Below, in pieces: positions 1-13,800 of a DNA stretch of 64,000 nucleotides. The notes beneath the pieces were generated by a model, which was given only the letters and a program-made list of their open reading frames with translations, made no database searches and was not told the origin of the DNA. The stretch is from Antedon mediterranea (lineage: Eukaryota > Animalia > Echinodermata): contig NC_092676.1 in NCBI RefSeq assembly GCF_964355755.1, positions 18,866,871 to 18,930,870 on the forward strand, given 5' to 3'. Made by a program: the position numbers and the translations under genes. The stretch's first letter is position 1. The number at the start of each line of letters is the position of its first letter.

Positions 1-264
1 GTTGGGTAATCATCAGGAATAGTCCTGAACAGGGAGATGAGCGCCCCTGCCCACCGATGAGTTTCGGGATCCCTTTGACCCGGAGGGAGAGTACCCGTCA
101 GGGTACCCAGGTTTTTATTTGTTTTTAAAATTAATTAGTGTTCCATGACCTTCTCATCAAAATTAACGTCTCTCATTGTTGTACTATGTCAACATAATGT
201 CAATGACGGCGAAATGTCCCCAATAATGGGGATGGATAGCTATGCAAACAAATTAACAATATAG

Positions 265-624
265 TTTTTATTTTATTTATTTATTTATTTTATGTCTTTA
301 GGCAATGTGGCCAAGGATTACCAATAGTGAATTAATCACTGTCCTATCAGATAGGTGGTAATCCCCCTGATACAGGGGCTATTGTGTGAACCAGTTCACC
401 GGGGTAACCCCCTACTCTTTTTCGAATAATGAACTGGGTTCTTTAAAGTACACACAGGTTATAACTGTGTACACTGGACCTACGGTTTATAGTCCTTATC
501 CGAGAAGACTTGTTCCACCACCAGAACTAGGAGCGAGCCGGCCTCGAACCCTTGCCGATGTTGTTATTGGCTCTTTAGGTACGGTAAACGGCGCCCCTGC
601 CTTAACCGCTCGGCCATATGACTC
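265..624 (-). mobile_element. tRNA-derived SINE with Deu/Nin-type central domain
   Basis: Minus strand reads: A-box TGGCCGAGCGG, B-box GGTTCGAGGCC, then CTCGGATAAGGAC..AAACCGTAGGTCC..TTAAAGAACCC..AAGAGTAGGGGGTTACCCCGGTG (resembles the Deu/Nin domain), ending in an (AAAT)n tail. Confidence 0.8.
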
Positions 625-1262
625 GCTCTTAGTTCTTTTAAAATGATTGATTTTTCTTTGCGAAATTATGAAAATATAATTAGATTTCATACATACACAC
701 ACTTAACATTTGTTAAGATATCCAGGGTACATGGTACAGTTAGCCATGCGGTATTTTTTTTTTTTTTGTGGTTCATTCCCAGTAATCATATCAGTAGGCC
801 TATTGCTTAGGGCCACTGACTCGAGCATTCAGACTTGAGCGTCTCAGACTTCTTTTGTTATTGGTAAATATTTGGATATTTAATATAGTATTAGAATTAG
901 ACTAGAAGACTCATGGCCGATTTACAGATACGAGCGGTAACTGTAATAAAAATATAAAATTTGTTATTTCTTAAGTCCATTTACACACATCGCGGAGCGG
1001 ACGGATTCCGATAAGGACAAATACAGATTCTATGTGGGACAAGCTACGCGGTTTACCGCTTACCGTTACCGTCCGCAGGGGCCGACCTTGGTGTTTTGGC
1101 CCAGTAGCCCGGGCAACAACACCCTTAATTTCATACTAAATGTTGTTTCTGCTACTAAATTAAAATGCAAGTCCCATTTCATCGTATACAATATCCATAT
1201 AAAGTCCAGTCTGGAAGAGAATAGGCCTATTTGTAAATTGGCAGAATGCACAGTAGTCACCA

Positions 1263-4200
1263 TAGTAGAGCAGTTAACGCCATAAAAATAGCCAAGTTGT
1301 GCACTTTATTACCAAAGCATGAAACTTTCCACAAAGTTTCTTTGATGTATATAGATTAAAAATATCGGGGGGTGCCAAGTGTCCAACGTCCGGTATGGCG
1401 GCCATCTTGATTTCAAAATGGCCACCATAAAAACAAAAAGTGTTCATATCTTGGCAACTATAAACAGTGGAGACTTGATTCTGGTGTTAAATTGTTCACA
1501 AACCACATATTTCTATTTGTTCTAATGTAAAGTTTCGTCCAAAAAATGACCGGAAATGACGTTTCTTCCAGTTTGACCTTTGACCTCTTATTTGTATATC
1601 TCAATAACTACTAATCATTTTCAATCGATTTTGGTGTCATTTTGTTCAGAATAGAGACATTTATATTTGTAGTAATGAAACATTTTAACATAAAATGACT
1701 GGAAATACAATTTATAACCTTTGACATATATAATTATGTGAACATACTGTATGTGGTTTACATTGGTATAAATGCACCTAATTTTTATACCGAAATAAAT
1801 GACACATAACGCAAAAATGACCAGGAATTATTATTCTGAATTTTTGACGTTTGATGTGATAGGATAGGCATAAAGTATGACAGATCACTGAGCTCATCTA
1901 TGCCGACTTGTTTGATGTGTCAATCGTTAGATAACAGTTTTGGTCCTCTCTCCTTTATCTTTTCTTTTCTTTTTTTTAAATGTATTATACCATATGTTGA
2001 ATTGAATTGTTAGATGCCATTTGGAAAAATTTTTGATGTAAAGTAGCATTCTTTCGTTGGCCTCTTTGATGTTGCATATGAGACAAGTTCGGAAAGTTCT
2101 CATTTTCGTGAGTTAAGAGAAGAGAACACCATCTTTCAAAGTACTTACTACAAACTTATCCTGCATTTGTGCAGTAGACCTACTTTCATTAGTCAAAAAC
2201 TCAGATAATTCTTGTTCATTTTCGTTGCATCTAAAAAAATGTACTCCATTTTTATGGTATTGCTGTAAACCTTTCATCTGAATCATTTTCTCTAGTCATT
2301 GATTTTTTAGCAAAATCCGAACCAAATCAATTCGTAAAAGACATCTCATTATAATTATTCAAATAATCCTCAAATTAGTGACATGGACCTACAATATACT
2401 GTTCTGTACAAGACCTTTTTAGGCATCCACCTGTGGACTTTCACTTTGAAGGTCTTGGTCTCCTATCATACAAGAAACAATGTCTGATTTAATCAATCAA
2501 AGCAGTGGGTCCAGACAAAGAAGGGGGTGTAAGACCATCCACATACAAAGAAGGGGGTGTAAGACCATCCATATACAAAGGAGTGGGTATAAGACCATCC
2601 ACAGACAAAGAAGGGGATATAAGACCATCCACAGACAAATAAAGAAGGGGTGTAAGACCATCCACAGACAAAGAAGGGGGTATAAGACCATCCACAGACA
2701 AAGAAAGGGGTATAAGGCCATCTACAGACAAAGAAGGGGTGTAGGACCGTCCACAGACAAAGAAGGGGTTGTAAGACCATCCACTGACAAAGAAAGGGTA
2801 TAGGACCATCCACAGACAAAGAAGGGGGTGTAGGACCGTCCACAGACAAAGAAAGGGGTGTAAGACCATCCACTGACAAAGAAATGTGTATAGGACTACT
2901 TACAGACAAAGAATGGGGTATAAGACTATCCACAGACAAAGAAGGGGTGTAGGACCATTCACAGACAAGGAAGGAGGTGTAGGACCATCCACAGACAAAG
3001 AAGGAGAGGTAAGACCATCCACAAACAAAGAAGGGGGTATAAGACCATCCACAGACAAAGAAGGGGGTGTAAGACCATCCACAGACAAAGAAGGGGGTGT
3101 AGGACCGTCCACAGACAAAGAAGGGGTGTAAGACCATCCACTGACAAAGAAATGTGTATAGGACTACTTACAGACAAAGAAGGGGGTATAAGACCATCCA
3201 CAGACAAAGAAGGGGTGTCGGACCATCTACAAACAAAGAAAGGGATGTAAGACCACCCACAGACAAAGAAGGGGTACAAGACCATCCACACACAAAGAAG
3301 GGATTATAAGACCACCAATAAACAAAGAAGGGGTGTAAGACCATCCACTGACAAAGAAAGTGGTATAGGACCACTTACAGATCAAGAAGAGGGTATAAGA
3401 CCATCCACAGACAAAGAAGGGGGTGTAGGACCATCCACAGACAAAGAAGGGGTGTCGGACCATCTACAAACAAAGAAAGGGATGTAAGACCACCCACAGA
3501 CAAAGAAGGGGTACAAGACCATCCACACACAAAGAAGGGATTATAAGACCACCAACAGACAAAGAAGGGGGTGTAGGACCATCGACAGACAAAGAAGGGG
3601 GTATAGGACCATCGACAGATAAAGAAGGGGTGTTAGACCATCTACAAACAAAGAAGGGGGTGTAGGACCATCGACAGACAAAGAAGGGGGTGTAGGACCA
3701 CCCACAGACAAAGAAGGGGGTGTAGGACCACCCACAGACAAAGAAGGGGTACAAGACCATCCACACACAAAGAAGGGATTATAAGACCACCGACAGACAA
3801 AGAAGGGGGTATAGGACCATCGACAGACAAAGAAGGGGGTATAGGACCATCCATAGACAAAGAAGGGGTGTTAGACCATCTACAGACAAAGAAAGGGGTG
3901 TAAGACCATCCACACACAAAGAAAGGGGTTTAATACCATCAACAGACAAAGAAGGGGTACAAGACCATCCACACACAAAGAAGGGATTATAAGACCACCG
4001 ACAGACAAAGAAGGGGGTATAGGACCATCTACAGACAAAGAAGGAGGGTTAGGACCATATTAACCCAGGAAGCATACAAAAAGAAGATGCAATCAAAATA
4101 GGCCTACCACTTCGAAAACAATAAATTGTAGAATAACTGAGGCTTAATTGTTGAAATATAAAGGGTTCTTTGTAAGTTCATTAATAATATATTGATATAA

Positions 4201-5001
4201 ACACGATCATCATACTAATTATTTGAAATTCAAATACAGTCTATATCGAAAAGAGGCTCATACTATCACCTTTTTGAGGTTTTACGGTATTCCATACATG
4301 TATGTTATTTCCTCTGTCAAACTATTAAAACTTTTAGCGAATCAGAAGGTGCCAACATCGTTGAACTAATGGTACCACCAAGCACAATGTTTACCAATTT
4401 TATGTAGGCTACTATATACAATTCATTAATCATTTAATATAATTACGCCTATCAGGTAAAATTTCAAAATTAGGTGCATTTAAGACCAACAAAAACCACA
4501 TACAGTATATTCACATAATTAAAAATCAATAAATAAATGTCAAAGGTCATAAATTGTTTTTTCGGTCATTTTATGTGAAAATGTTCCATTACTACAAATA
4601 TAAATGTACTGTATTTATTCTGAACAAAATGACACCAAAATCGATTGAAAATGACCAGTAGTTACAAAGATATACAAAGACAAGGTCAAAGGTCAAACTG
4701 TAAGAAACGTCATTTCCGGTCATTTGTGGACGAAACTTTTCATTAGAGCAAATAGAAATATATAGTTTGTGAACAATTTGAGACCAGAATTAAGTCTCTA
4801 ATGTGTATAGTTGCCAAGATATGAACATTTTTTGATTTTATGGTGGCCATTTTGAAATCAAGATGGCCGCCATACCGGACGTTGGACACTTGGCACCCCC
4901 CGATATTTTGAATCTATATACATCAAAGACACTTTGTGGAAAGTTTCATGCTTTGGTAATAAAGTGCACAGCTCATGTCATACCATAGGCAGCCTATACT
5001 A
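1263..5001 (-). mobile_element. Non-autonomous Academ-like DNA transposon with ~490-bp inverted arms, decayed transposase remnant and internal minisatellite
   Basis: Inverted arms ~1298-1786 and ~4466-4970; outer ends TAGTA...TACTA. Minus-strand remnant ~2030-2270 reads (with stops and a frameshift) KWSTFF-RCNENEQELSEFL...CNIKEANERMLLYI, like the W..FL....NK.EL..FL and C.HEEAD.R.LLH motifs I associate with Academ transposases. No TSD found. Confidence 0.6.
2509..4060. repeat. Minisatellite, 30-31 bp unit (AAGACCATCCACAGACAAAGAAGGGGGTGT), about 50 copies
   Basis: Tandem repeat read directly; it accounts for all overlapping ORFs between 2480 and 3976. Confidence 0.95.
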
Positions 5002-7881
5002 ATATACCGCGCAGAAATTATATCGGCGATCGACGTATTTTTTTGTAGATAAGTTTCTCAGCATGCGCAGCATTAATTTCTGACTGACTAGTTGCTTGTG
5101 GTGCGCGCGTCATAAGAGAAGGGAGATGTATCTCTATCCCGATAAGAGGTATGAAAGGAGGCCAACACACACTGTGTTCGGGAAAAACCTGTCATATAGG
5201 TCGTCGAGTGGATCATAATTATTGCGTTTTGCCGGTTTTCCATAATAATTTAAGGCCAAATCATAATCTTGCGTATAGTTTTATTTTTCATTGTAGTACC
5301 CTATTTATCTTCATTTCCGTATAAGTCCGTACTATTAGGCCGAATTTCCGTAGTAGCAGAGAATTATACCGGTAGCAAAGCAAACGTTGCTTCTTTCTGC
5401 AAAATTTCACATAATTAATTTCTTTGTTTTATATTCATTATTTATTTACAGTTTATAGTGGATAAATGAAAATGAATTTTCGGACCTTGATACGCTTAGT
5501 CATAAAGGAGTTGCAGGGCATTTTATCATTATTTATATTTTATCACAGTTTTTATAGCTTAATTGTTAAAATTTGGTAATAGAAATAATGCTGGCGGCAA
5601 CGAATTTAACGACTTTGACAAAAATTTCAAATTCACATATTTCTTTGTAACAAAAATAATTTTAAATGAAACGCTACAAAAATAATCCTCCGCTTCACCA
5701 CTGCATGGATACCTAATAATCAAACTAGAACGTATCTTTGTTACGTTGCTATCAATCCATTTTCATATCACGCAATCCATTTTCAACAATATAATAGTAT
5801 AGTAATTAAATAGTGAGGGATTATTTACATTGTCAGATTTTTCAATTTACTGAATATCCAAAATGAAACGCTCTACTAAACATGAAAATAAATAGGTCGG
5901 GCGATAAACCTTTGACGACGACTAAAACAACGACAATCAGTTATGTATTCGTGATTTTATTTCATCTCTGGCTTGTTACATTATCATTACACATTACCAG
6001 ACTTCCCCCTCCTCTTGCAATGAACGGCAGTACAGATCTTCTCTATCGTCATTCACAAATTACCCACGCATAGCAGTGTTCCTAGCGCCATCACAGATTA
6101 CCTCTAATGGATCAAGCATTCACACATGAACTTTGCGTAAAAAAATGTATCATTTTTTATTTATCATGAATTTTACGTACCATTTGCGGCCATCTGGGAG
6201 TGTCATTTAACAATTCGCTTCGACACAGGCCACACGATGGGGGTCCTGTGGCTCAAATACTCAGTGTCTACAGTCCTGGAAACTTTGAGCAACCCTCTTT
6301 AAATAGTCCTGCGACCGCCCCTAGCTCGTCTGTGTAAATTGGCCTTTAGACTTAAAAGATTTCTAGAATAGTTGATCATAATTTGGCATTCACACATAAA
6401 TACGTTTAGTTTTTAATTTCAAAGGTTTATTTAGAATTTGTTTACAATTTGATTCAGTGTTTGAAATCTAAAATAAAATATAAAAAATATAAAGTAATAA
6501 TGTTGCCTAACATTTTTTATTCAACATTCAACAATTAAAATACATTGTTTAAATTACAACATCCCAATGTTAAAGTTTACGTTTGTAAAGCGTTTTTCCT
6601 GCAGTCTATACAAGACTATGCATTATGCTTATGTAATGTTGCACAGAACTTTGGATCCATCCATCCATTCAGCAAATGGTTGACTAAACCAGGGAGGTAT
6701 ACCTCCCTGACTAAACTAAATCCCTATATAATTTGCCGAGATCAAAGGAAAAAGAACCAGAGTTAGACCTACTTAAAAAATGATGGAGGGATGAAATTAT
6801 CAATGACCAAGCTAGCTAGGAATCAAATTGCGAGCAGGCGCAGAAAGGATGGCCTAAGATAGAAAAAAACTGGAGGGTCAGGGAGAAATTGGGCAGTGTG
6901 AACAGGATTGGGGACCGTATGGATGGATTGGATAAGATTAAGAACAGTGAATGAAAGGTCACTGTTATTTAGTCCATCAATCGACGTTTGATATTTGTCT
7001 GAAAACGAGCTAAAGTTTTTTACGTATGAAACGCCATGTGTGCCAAAATGTATCTTTTTAAAACTATTGCACTAATGAGCATTTTGAACTTACATTACAA
7101 AATATTAAATTATACACTGTCAAGTCTACCTACTATAAAATACTCACATATACAAATTTATTTATACAATAACATTAATACAACAATAATGATTTTTATA
7201 TATAAAATTAGCAAGGTGATAAATTGGCTGGTTCGTTTATACACACTTAAAATGGCCAGTTATTCTACACTTTCAAAAGGCCGACTAAAATTTAATTATT
7301 GCTACAAAAATAGCAATTGGTGGTAAATTTAGAAATCAAGTAAAAGTCATACAGCAATTCAAATAGTTTGTAATAGATGGCTGACATTAAAAGATAAATG
7401 ACCACTCAGAAACAGATAAATGGTCAGTACATATCAGTTTTGTCAATGACCATCAAACTTAAGTTATTTCTTATTTCTGTCCATCTAAAATCACATTGCT
7501 GAGAAATCAGACAAATTCTTATTCTTTGATAAAGACAGTTAGTTGACCATATCAAAAAAGACAAATGGCCACTGCTAAACTGACCACTAAATTTCCATCA
7601 ATTCCAAATGTCTTATTTACTAAGTCAGAGCCAATTGGCTGAGAAATGGCCAGTAAAACACACACACAGTTATAAATATCTGACCATTGACAAATGTTCA
7701 GCAAAAATACACTGACTGACCACTAAATTTAAAACTCATTTACGGCCAGAGCCAAAGATCATATTGCTGAGAAGTCAGATAAGGACCAGTAAAACTCACA
7801 CAGTAACAAGTAGCTGACCATTAAAAAAAACAGACAGTCAACAAACCACGATTTAAACAATATGTGATTACTTCATTTACT

Positions 7882-10800
7882 TCAGACAGCCATTTGAATG
7901 TCAGCAAAATTAAAAAACTTCTCCACATCGGTTGCACCGTCTTCAGCACTATTAGACACAAAGATAACAGCTCTGCCGGAGAACTCATCAACAAGTTTAC
8001 GGACATTTTGAACGGTACTTTCGCCACAAAATTCAATACCAATTATGTCACCTATAAAAAAAAACCAATAATTTGTTGTGTATTTGCCAATACCAATTAT
8101 CATCTGACATTAAGGAAAACTAAAAACAGGACACTAAGCTCGCCTTGCCAAGATAGGAACATATATATTATTATTATTTAAAAAGTGTTATTATTTTAAG
8201 CTATTTTTTAAATTGAAATATGAAAGTGTTCAATAAAAGCACTGATTTTTATATAATGTTTTTTTAATCTTGAATTATTTATAGAACTTTTATCATCTGT
8301 TTATTTAGTAAGTAATAACTATCTATTTGAATAAGAAAGTTTTATGTTTAATTAAATTATTTTTTAGTGGAAATATGCTAAAAAAGAAAAAATTGACGAC
8401 AAATTATTTATTGACTTTTTTTTTAAGAGAAAAGAAAAAGTAGATTTATATTTATTACATTATGAAATTATTTATATTTTGTTCTTAAGAGAAATGTATA
8501 TTGTGTATTACTATTAATAAGAAAGTGTTATTATTTTAAGCTACTTTTTAAATTGAAATATGAAAGTGTTCAATAAAAAAAAAAAAATAAAAAAAAAATA
8601 AAAGATAGGAACATGTAACAGTTCTTTGATCTTATGTCTGGCTGTGAAAAATACAAAAGTACTGTAAATGTATATATTCTCCGCACGCAGTGTCTGTTAC
8701 TACGGGGCGTCGAACTGATCATTTTCATAGCCACAGATAAACCCTGTTATTAGATTGCATTGATCTGACCTAACACATTAGTTATCAATCAAGATGATCA
8801 CAGAAGTTGTTTCCCCATATTTTGAGTGATCTCCTACCCCGATATAAAAAAAAAAAGTAAATAGATTTACCATTGCTTTACTACCCGACCCATTAGATAT
8901 CGGTATATGAGTTGGAAAGCACCCTGGCATACCCATGATTGTTTACTATAGTTTAATATTCCAGAGATTTCTTTTGATAGCCTCCTCTCTATGTTTGGAT
9001 GTATTGATATAATTATTGCACCCTCTATGGGTTGGTCATGCTTTAGAATTTCAAATTTCCAAGTTGGGATCTTCAGTTTAACAAAATGAAAAGACACAGA
9101 ATTTTAGGATTGAAAACTAAAACTATCTTTGTTTGGAAAAGAAAGTTTTAGTTAAATTATTTAAAATAAAAAGTTTTATATATTTACCTCGTTTAGAAGC
9201 ATCTTCATATTTAGGATTTTGGCCAAACAAGTTTGGAACTTCGGAGGGCTGAATCTTAACTTCTTTTGTTTGAATAAGATTAAATCCCTAGAAATAAAAA
9301 GAAAACACGAGGAAATGCAGATTGGGCAGGTTTGTACCACTCTTACAGTACAGTAATATCGTATAATAATTTCTGGATTGGTACCTCTCATGTGGTAGCA
9401 CAAATAATTTCATTAAATTATTTTAGGATTGGTACCCCTCTTGTGGCAGCACAATTAATATCATTAAATAATCATATGTACTGTATGTATGAGCAATTAT
9501 TCTATGTTATCTATCATAATTACAAATTGAAAATGTAGCACATACAAAAGTACGGACCGAAAGAAAGTTTCTTCAAAACCATGTGATATGAGATATTCTA
9601 TCCATATTTATCTAGCTTACCCCGTCTCTAGCTTTATTGAGAAATTCAAGAACTATCTCATCAATACCATCACACCAGAAGAAAGCTACAAGGCACTCCT
9701 GAAAAGCAACACATCACTGTCATTATTCAATTTGTGCGAGAGTAAAGATATAGTTGGAGAATAGATCAATTTTAATAATATCAACTGAAGATTGTCAAAA
9801 AGGCAACTATTGTTGTTGGTATAAAATAGTAGTTTTTATAACATTTGATTGCAACTAAAGTAAAACTAATGTAGGGCTCATTTTAAAATAAATACTACTT
9901 GAGCGTTTACCAGTAAATGGTTTCATAAAAACAATTAAAAGAGCAAGAAAAAATTATAAGGGGTGAATGATAATTTGTTCAACAAAGATCTATTTGAAGA
10001 ATGAAATACTGTACCACACAAGATACAATTTTCAATGTGGTCTTCTACCATGCGAGATCAAACAGAAAAATGTTTAATATTATAAATTCAAATATGCTTC
10101 CAAAAAAATATGCTTTCAAAACTCATTTGGGGATGAAATCCAACAATACAAATGTTTCTAATCAAATATATTCTTTATTCATCGTCATTATCTTTAAAAT
10201 AAATACAAATTCAGAAGAAAAACAGGCCGATAAAGAGATGAAAAGGAAACAAGTTGAAATAAGTTTAATGATATGTTGTAGCAGAAGAAATGTTATCCCT
10301 TTTATCTTAAAGAAATATCAATTCAAAAATTACCAATGAATAGAATTTTTTTTCTCTCTCTTTTTTTTTAATTGATTAGCTTTATTAGTGTACTAACCTC
10401 AGAACCTGGTTTGTTCTTGTTTCCTATGCTGAGTGGTACCACGCTCTTGGATATTTCCAATGACAGATTCATCTCTTTAACCTCATCAGTTGTTGGTAGT
10501 GGTACATAATCTTCTGCCTTAGCATTCTAAAGAAACCAATCATTAATATGTATAACTAAAATTGCAAGTCTAAAATGCTTGGGTCGAGGACAATTAAAAA
10601 ATGCGTTATCATTTGTCTATGCTCAGCTGCAATCTATGTAATAACCTTTCATATCTGCATAAATTGTGTACTAAATCTCCCATAAATCTCTCTCATACAC
10701 GCATTTCTGAACCTTGAGAAATATTGAGAGAAAATAGAGTTGGGTGCTATTTCATTTACTGTGATTGGTCAGTTTAATACCAGGGCAATTACACGTGTGC

Positions 10801-13800
10801 AGTAACAACTCAGGACATCTCGAAAAAAAACAAAAACAGGTCTCTCATCCATCTCATTCACATGAAATCTGGAGATTTTCCACAAAATTGTCTTCACACT
10901 GTGCACCTGGTTACAACAAGTTGTTATTTTCTGCAGATGTGAAAAGAGTATAAGACTCAAATGGAACGATAGAACGCCTGTGCGGCGACAGAGAGACAAA
11001 AAAGTTACTCTGGATATGTACCACAGAAAAAAACAGATTTTCTCACTAACACAGAAGATCAATACACATGTACAGTACCTGGGGCAATAGTGACCAATTT
11101 TCTTCCTCAGGAACTGGTGTAAAATCATGAATGTTACTCCAGTTTGTATTAAATGGGCTTATTCCTGCTCCTCTAAACTGACCTGTTAAAAACATAAATC
11201 AAATTGTAAAAATACATATATATGTATATTTAATTTAAAAACAAGGCCATATACATGGCTGCAGTCGCATGCGCAAATTTGAGTTAGTGTTTACCAACGA
11301 CCAACCGACCGACCAACCGACCGACATAGTGAGCTATAGAGTCGCGTTTGCGAATATACATTTAATATAAATTGGAGCTGTAGCTTTGTGATTAACATTC
11401 CTATCCCAAGGTCCGAAGTTCAATACCATACTAGTGCCAGGAACTCATGACTCTTTTAACTAAGATTGGAACTAGAATTGCTTTTGCTTGATAACAAGAG
11501 GATGCTACATTTCGTCAAGTAACATGAAACTAAAGTTACAGTAGCTTACCAGCAAGCTGTTTGTAATAATACTGGAAACACCCAAATCGCATCTTAACCG
11601 ATGACTCTATGATTGGTTGAGTATCACAATGAAGGAATGTGTCAATCTTCTTACAGTCACGTGTGCGGAATTGCTGACATGCTATTACACACTGACAGTT
11701 TTCGCAGTCTCGCAAAAACACACTGTAGAGAAAAAAATGAAAATTAAAGCCATGTGAAAGTACTGTAGGTGAAATATATTAATCAATCCAGAGGTTCCAC
11801 TAAGTAGGGTGATAAAAATTGTTTGATCAATTGGTTTTTTTGATAAATAAAATAAAAACAAAGGATGCGGACAGTCCTGGCTGCGACAAATACCAACAGT
11901 ACTGTACTATGTACATATTCTCTGCAGCGCGGTGCCTGTTGTTAACCAAACATTTGAAAAGATCAGTCAAAATGTTTAGGGGGTCAAAGAACTGATCATG
12001 TCACAGCCACAGATAAACTCTTTGATTTCTAGAGCTCAGCATCCCGTTGTAAGATTGCCTTGCTCGGCGTTTGTTTTATTACTCAATGCTCTACGCAAAG
12101 ATAAATCCTACCAACATTCCAGTGGCACTCTCAAATGTGTGACAAAATAAATCAGATCATCTGCCAACTTTTCTGTATTTAAAATCTAAAATGATTTAAT
12201 ACTTTAAAGAATTAAATTTTGTTACTACTTACCTCCCTTTAGTTGGTCCTAGAAATATCTTGCAGTTTGTACATTTGTCAATTGTGATGGTATTTAGATG
12301 GTTGTAGATGTAGATACTAGAATCCTACATTACAAAACAATGTTAAAATTACCAGTACTGTCCCATAATTTAAAGTATAAAATATAAAGTACTGTATATT
12401 TGTAATCACAATATTGAATTTAAAACTACTGCAATGTAGTTGGGCAGAGAGCTAAGTTAATTGGTCAAATGTTTGCCATGTACAAGGGTAGTCAATTGTC
12501 GTATTCGATTAAGACTTTCACCGTTGAGTACAGTTTTTCCGTTAAGTACTTCTTTAAAGAAGTATTTTGAGCGTTGAGATTGTTCTTAACGAAAAAGCTT
12601 TCGTTGTCAACGTTTTCTATTCGAATGACTTTCTGTTGAGCACAAATTTACAATTCGAATACAAAAAGTACTCAACGAATCTTTACGTTGACAACGAAAG
12701 TTCCCAATCGAATACGACAAATGTACTTAGAAAGTACACTACCATTACGTCAGAGTAGATAAAACAATGATCTGACTAATCAACTTAGATTTCCGAGCTT
12801 TGAAGTACAACAGTAGTTACCAAACTGTATCATCCTGTTGGTGCAGTACCCACCGCTTTCTTGGTCTCGAATATAACCATTCGTGGTCTAGAAGTACAGT
12901 ATGATAATATGGTTGTGGGTTTGAGTCCCAAATGAGATTTTCCAATAACATAGTAAAAAACATCTCACAGTATTGTACACACAAAGTATGTACTGTATAT
13001 TAAAACATTTATAATTTGTTTTTCCATTTTCATACATACCTTACAGTTCATTATCATAAACTGTTGTCCATCGGCAGTGCCAGGTAATCTCACAGTTGTT
13101 TCTCCTACCAATTTATCAATAATGAAGTCATTTGGATCTACTTTTTTTCTTTTGTCCCTGAAAAATGTTTAATGTAAAATGTTATCATCGATGCAAGTAT
13201 ATTGTATCCTAATCCTCATTAGTAAAATAATGGTATACATAAATATTGCTATTAGGTTTTGTCTGTACAGTAAAGTATATACAGTACTACATTATATACT
13301 ATAGCCTAGTAGGCCTCTGACTCCCTGCATCTGGTGGTAGCAGTCATTAGTTATAGTTCAGTCCGATGGTGCATGGCTCAGTGTAGCCTACAGTACTGTA
13401 TTGTACAGTACTGCAGTAGTTGGAGTGACTATCGACTGGCACAGTCAAGTATGGATCTACAGTAATTTATTAATTGTCTACATCACAGTAGACAGTGCAA
13501 TTAATGCCTTGTATAATATGGCAAAATAATATTGACTATCAAAATGGTGGTCTAGTTCTCTAGTTAATGAACAAGCATGGCGACCTTATTGATAGAAAAT
13601 AAAGCATTAAATAAATAAAGCCTGAACTTGCCAATACTCTAGGAAATAGATTGAGGCTTGATATCAAAACAAAATTTTCTATTATTTTAAATTAATGAAT
13701 TTCATTAACTGTATCGATACCCAACACCCCAAATAATATTATTGACTATCAGCATGGTCAACCATGCTGATAAAAAATACTAACTTTTTAGCCGATAATC

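Noticed and set aside
55-92. SECIS-like AUGA...GA hairpin
   Set aside because: Stem too short, no apical AA, and no selenoprotein visible.
2480-3976. Many overlapping ORFs; regular repeats superficially like a CRISPR array
   Set aside because: Pure tandem minisatellite with no unique spacers, no cas genes, eukaryotic context.
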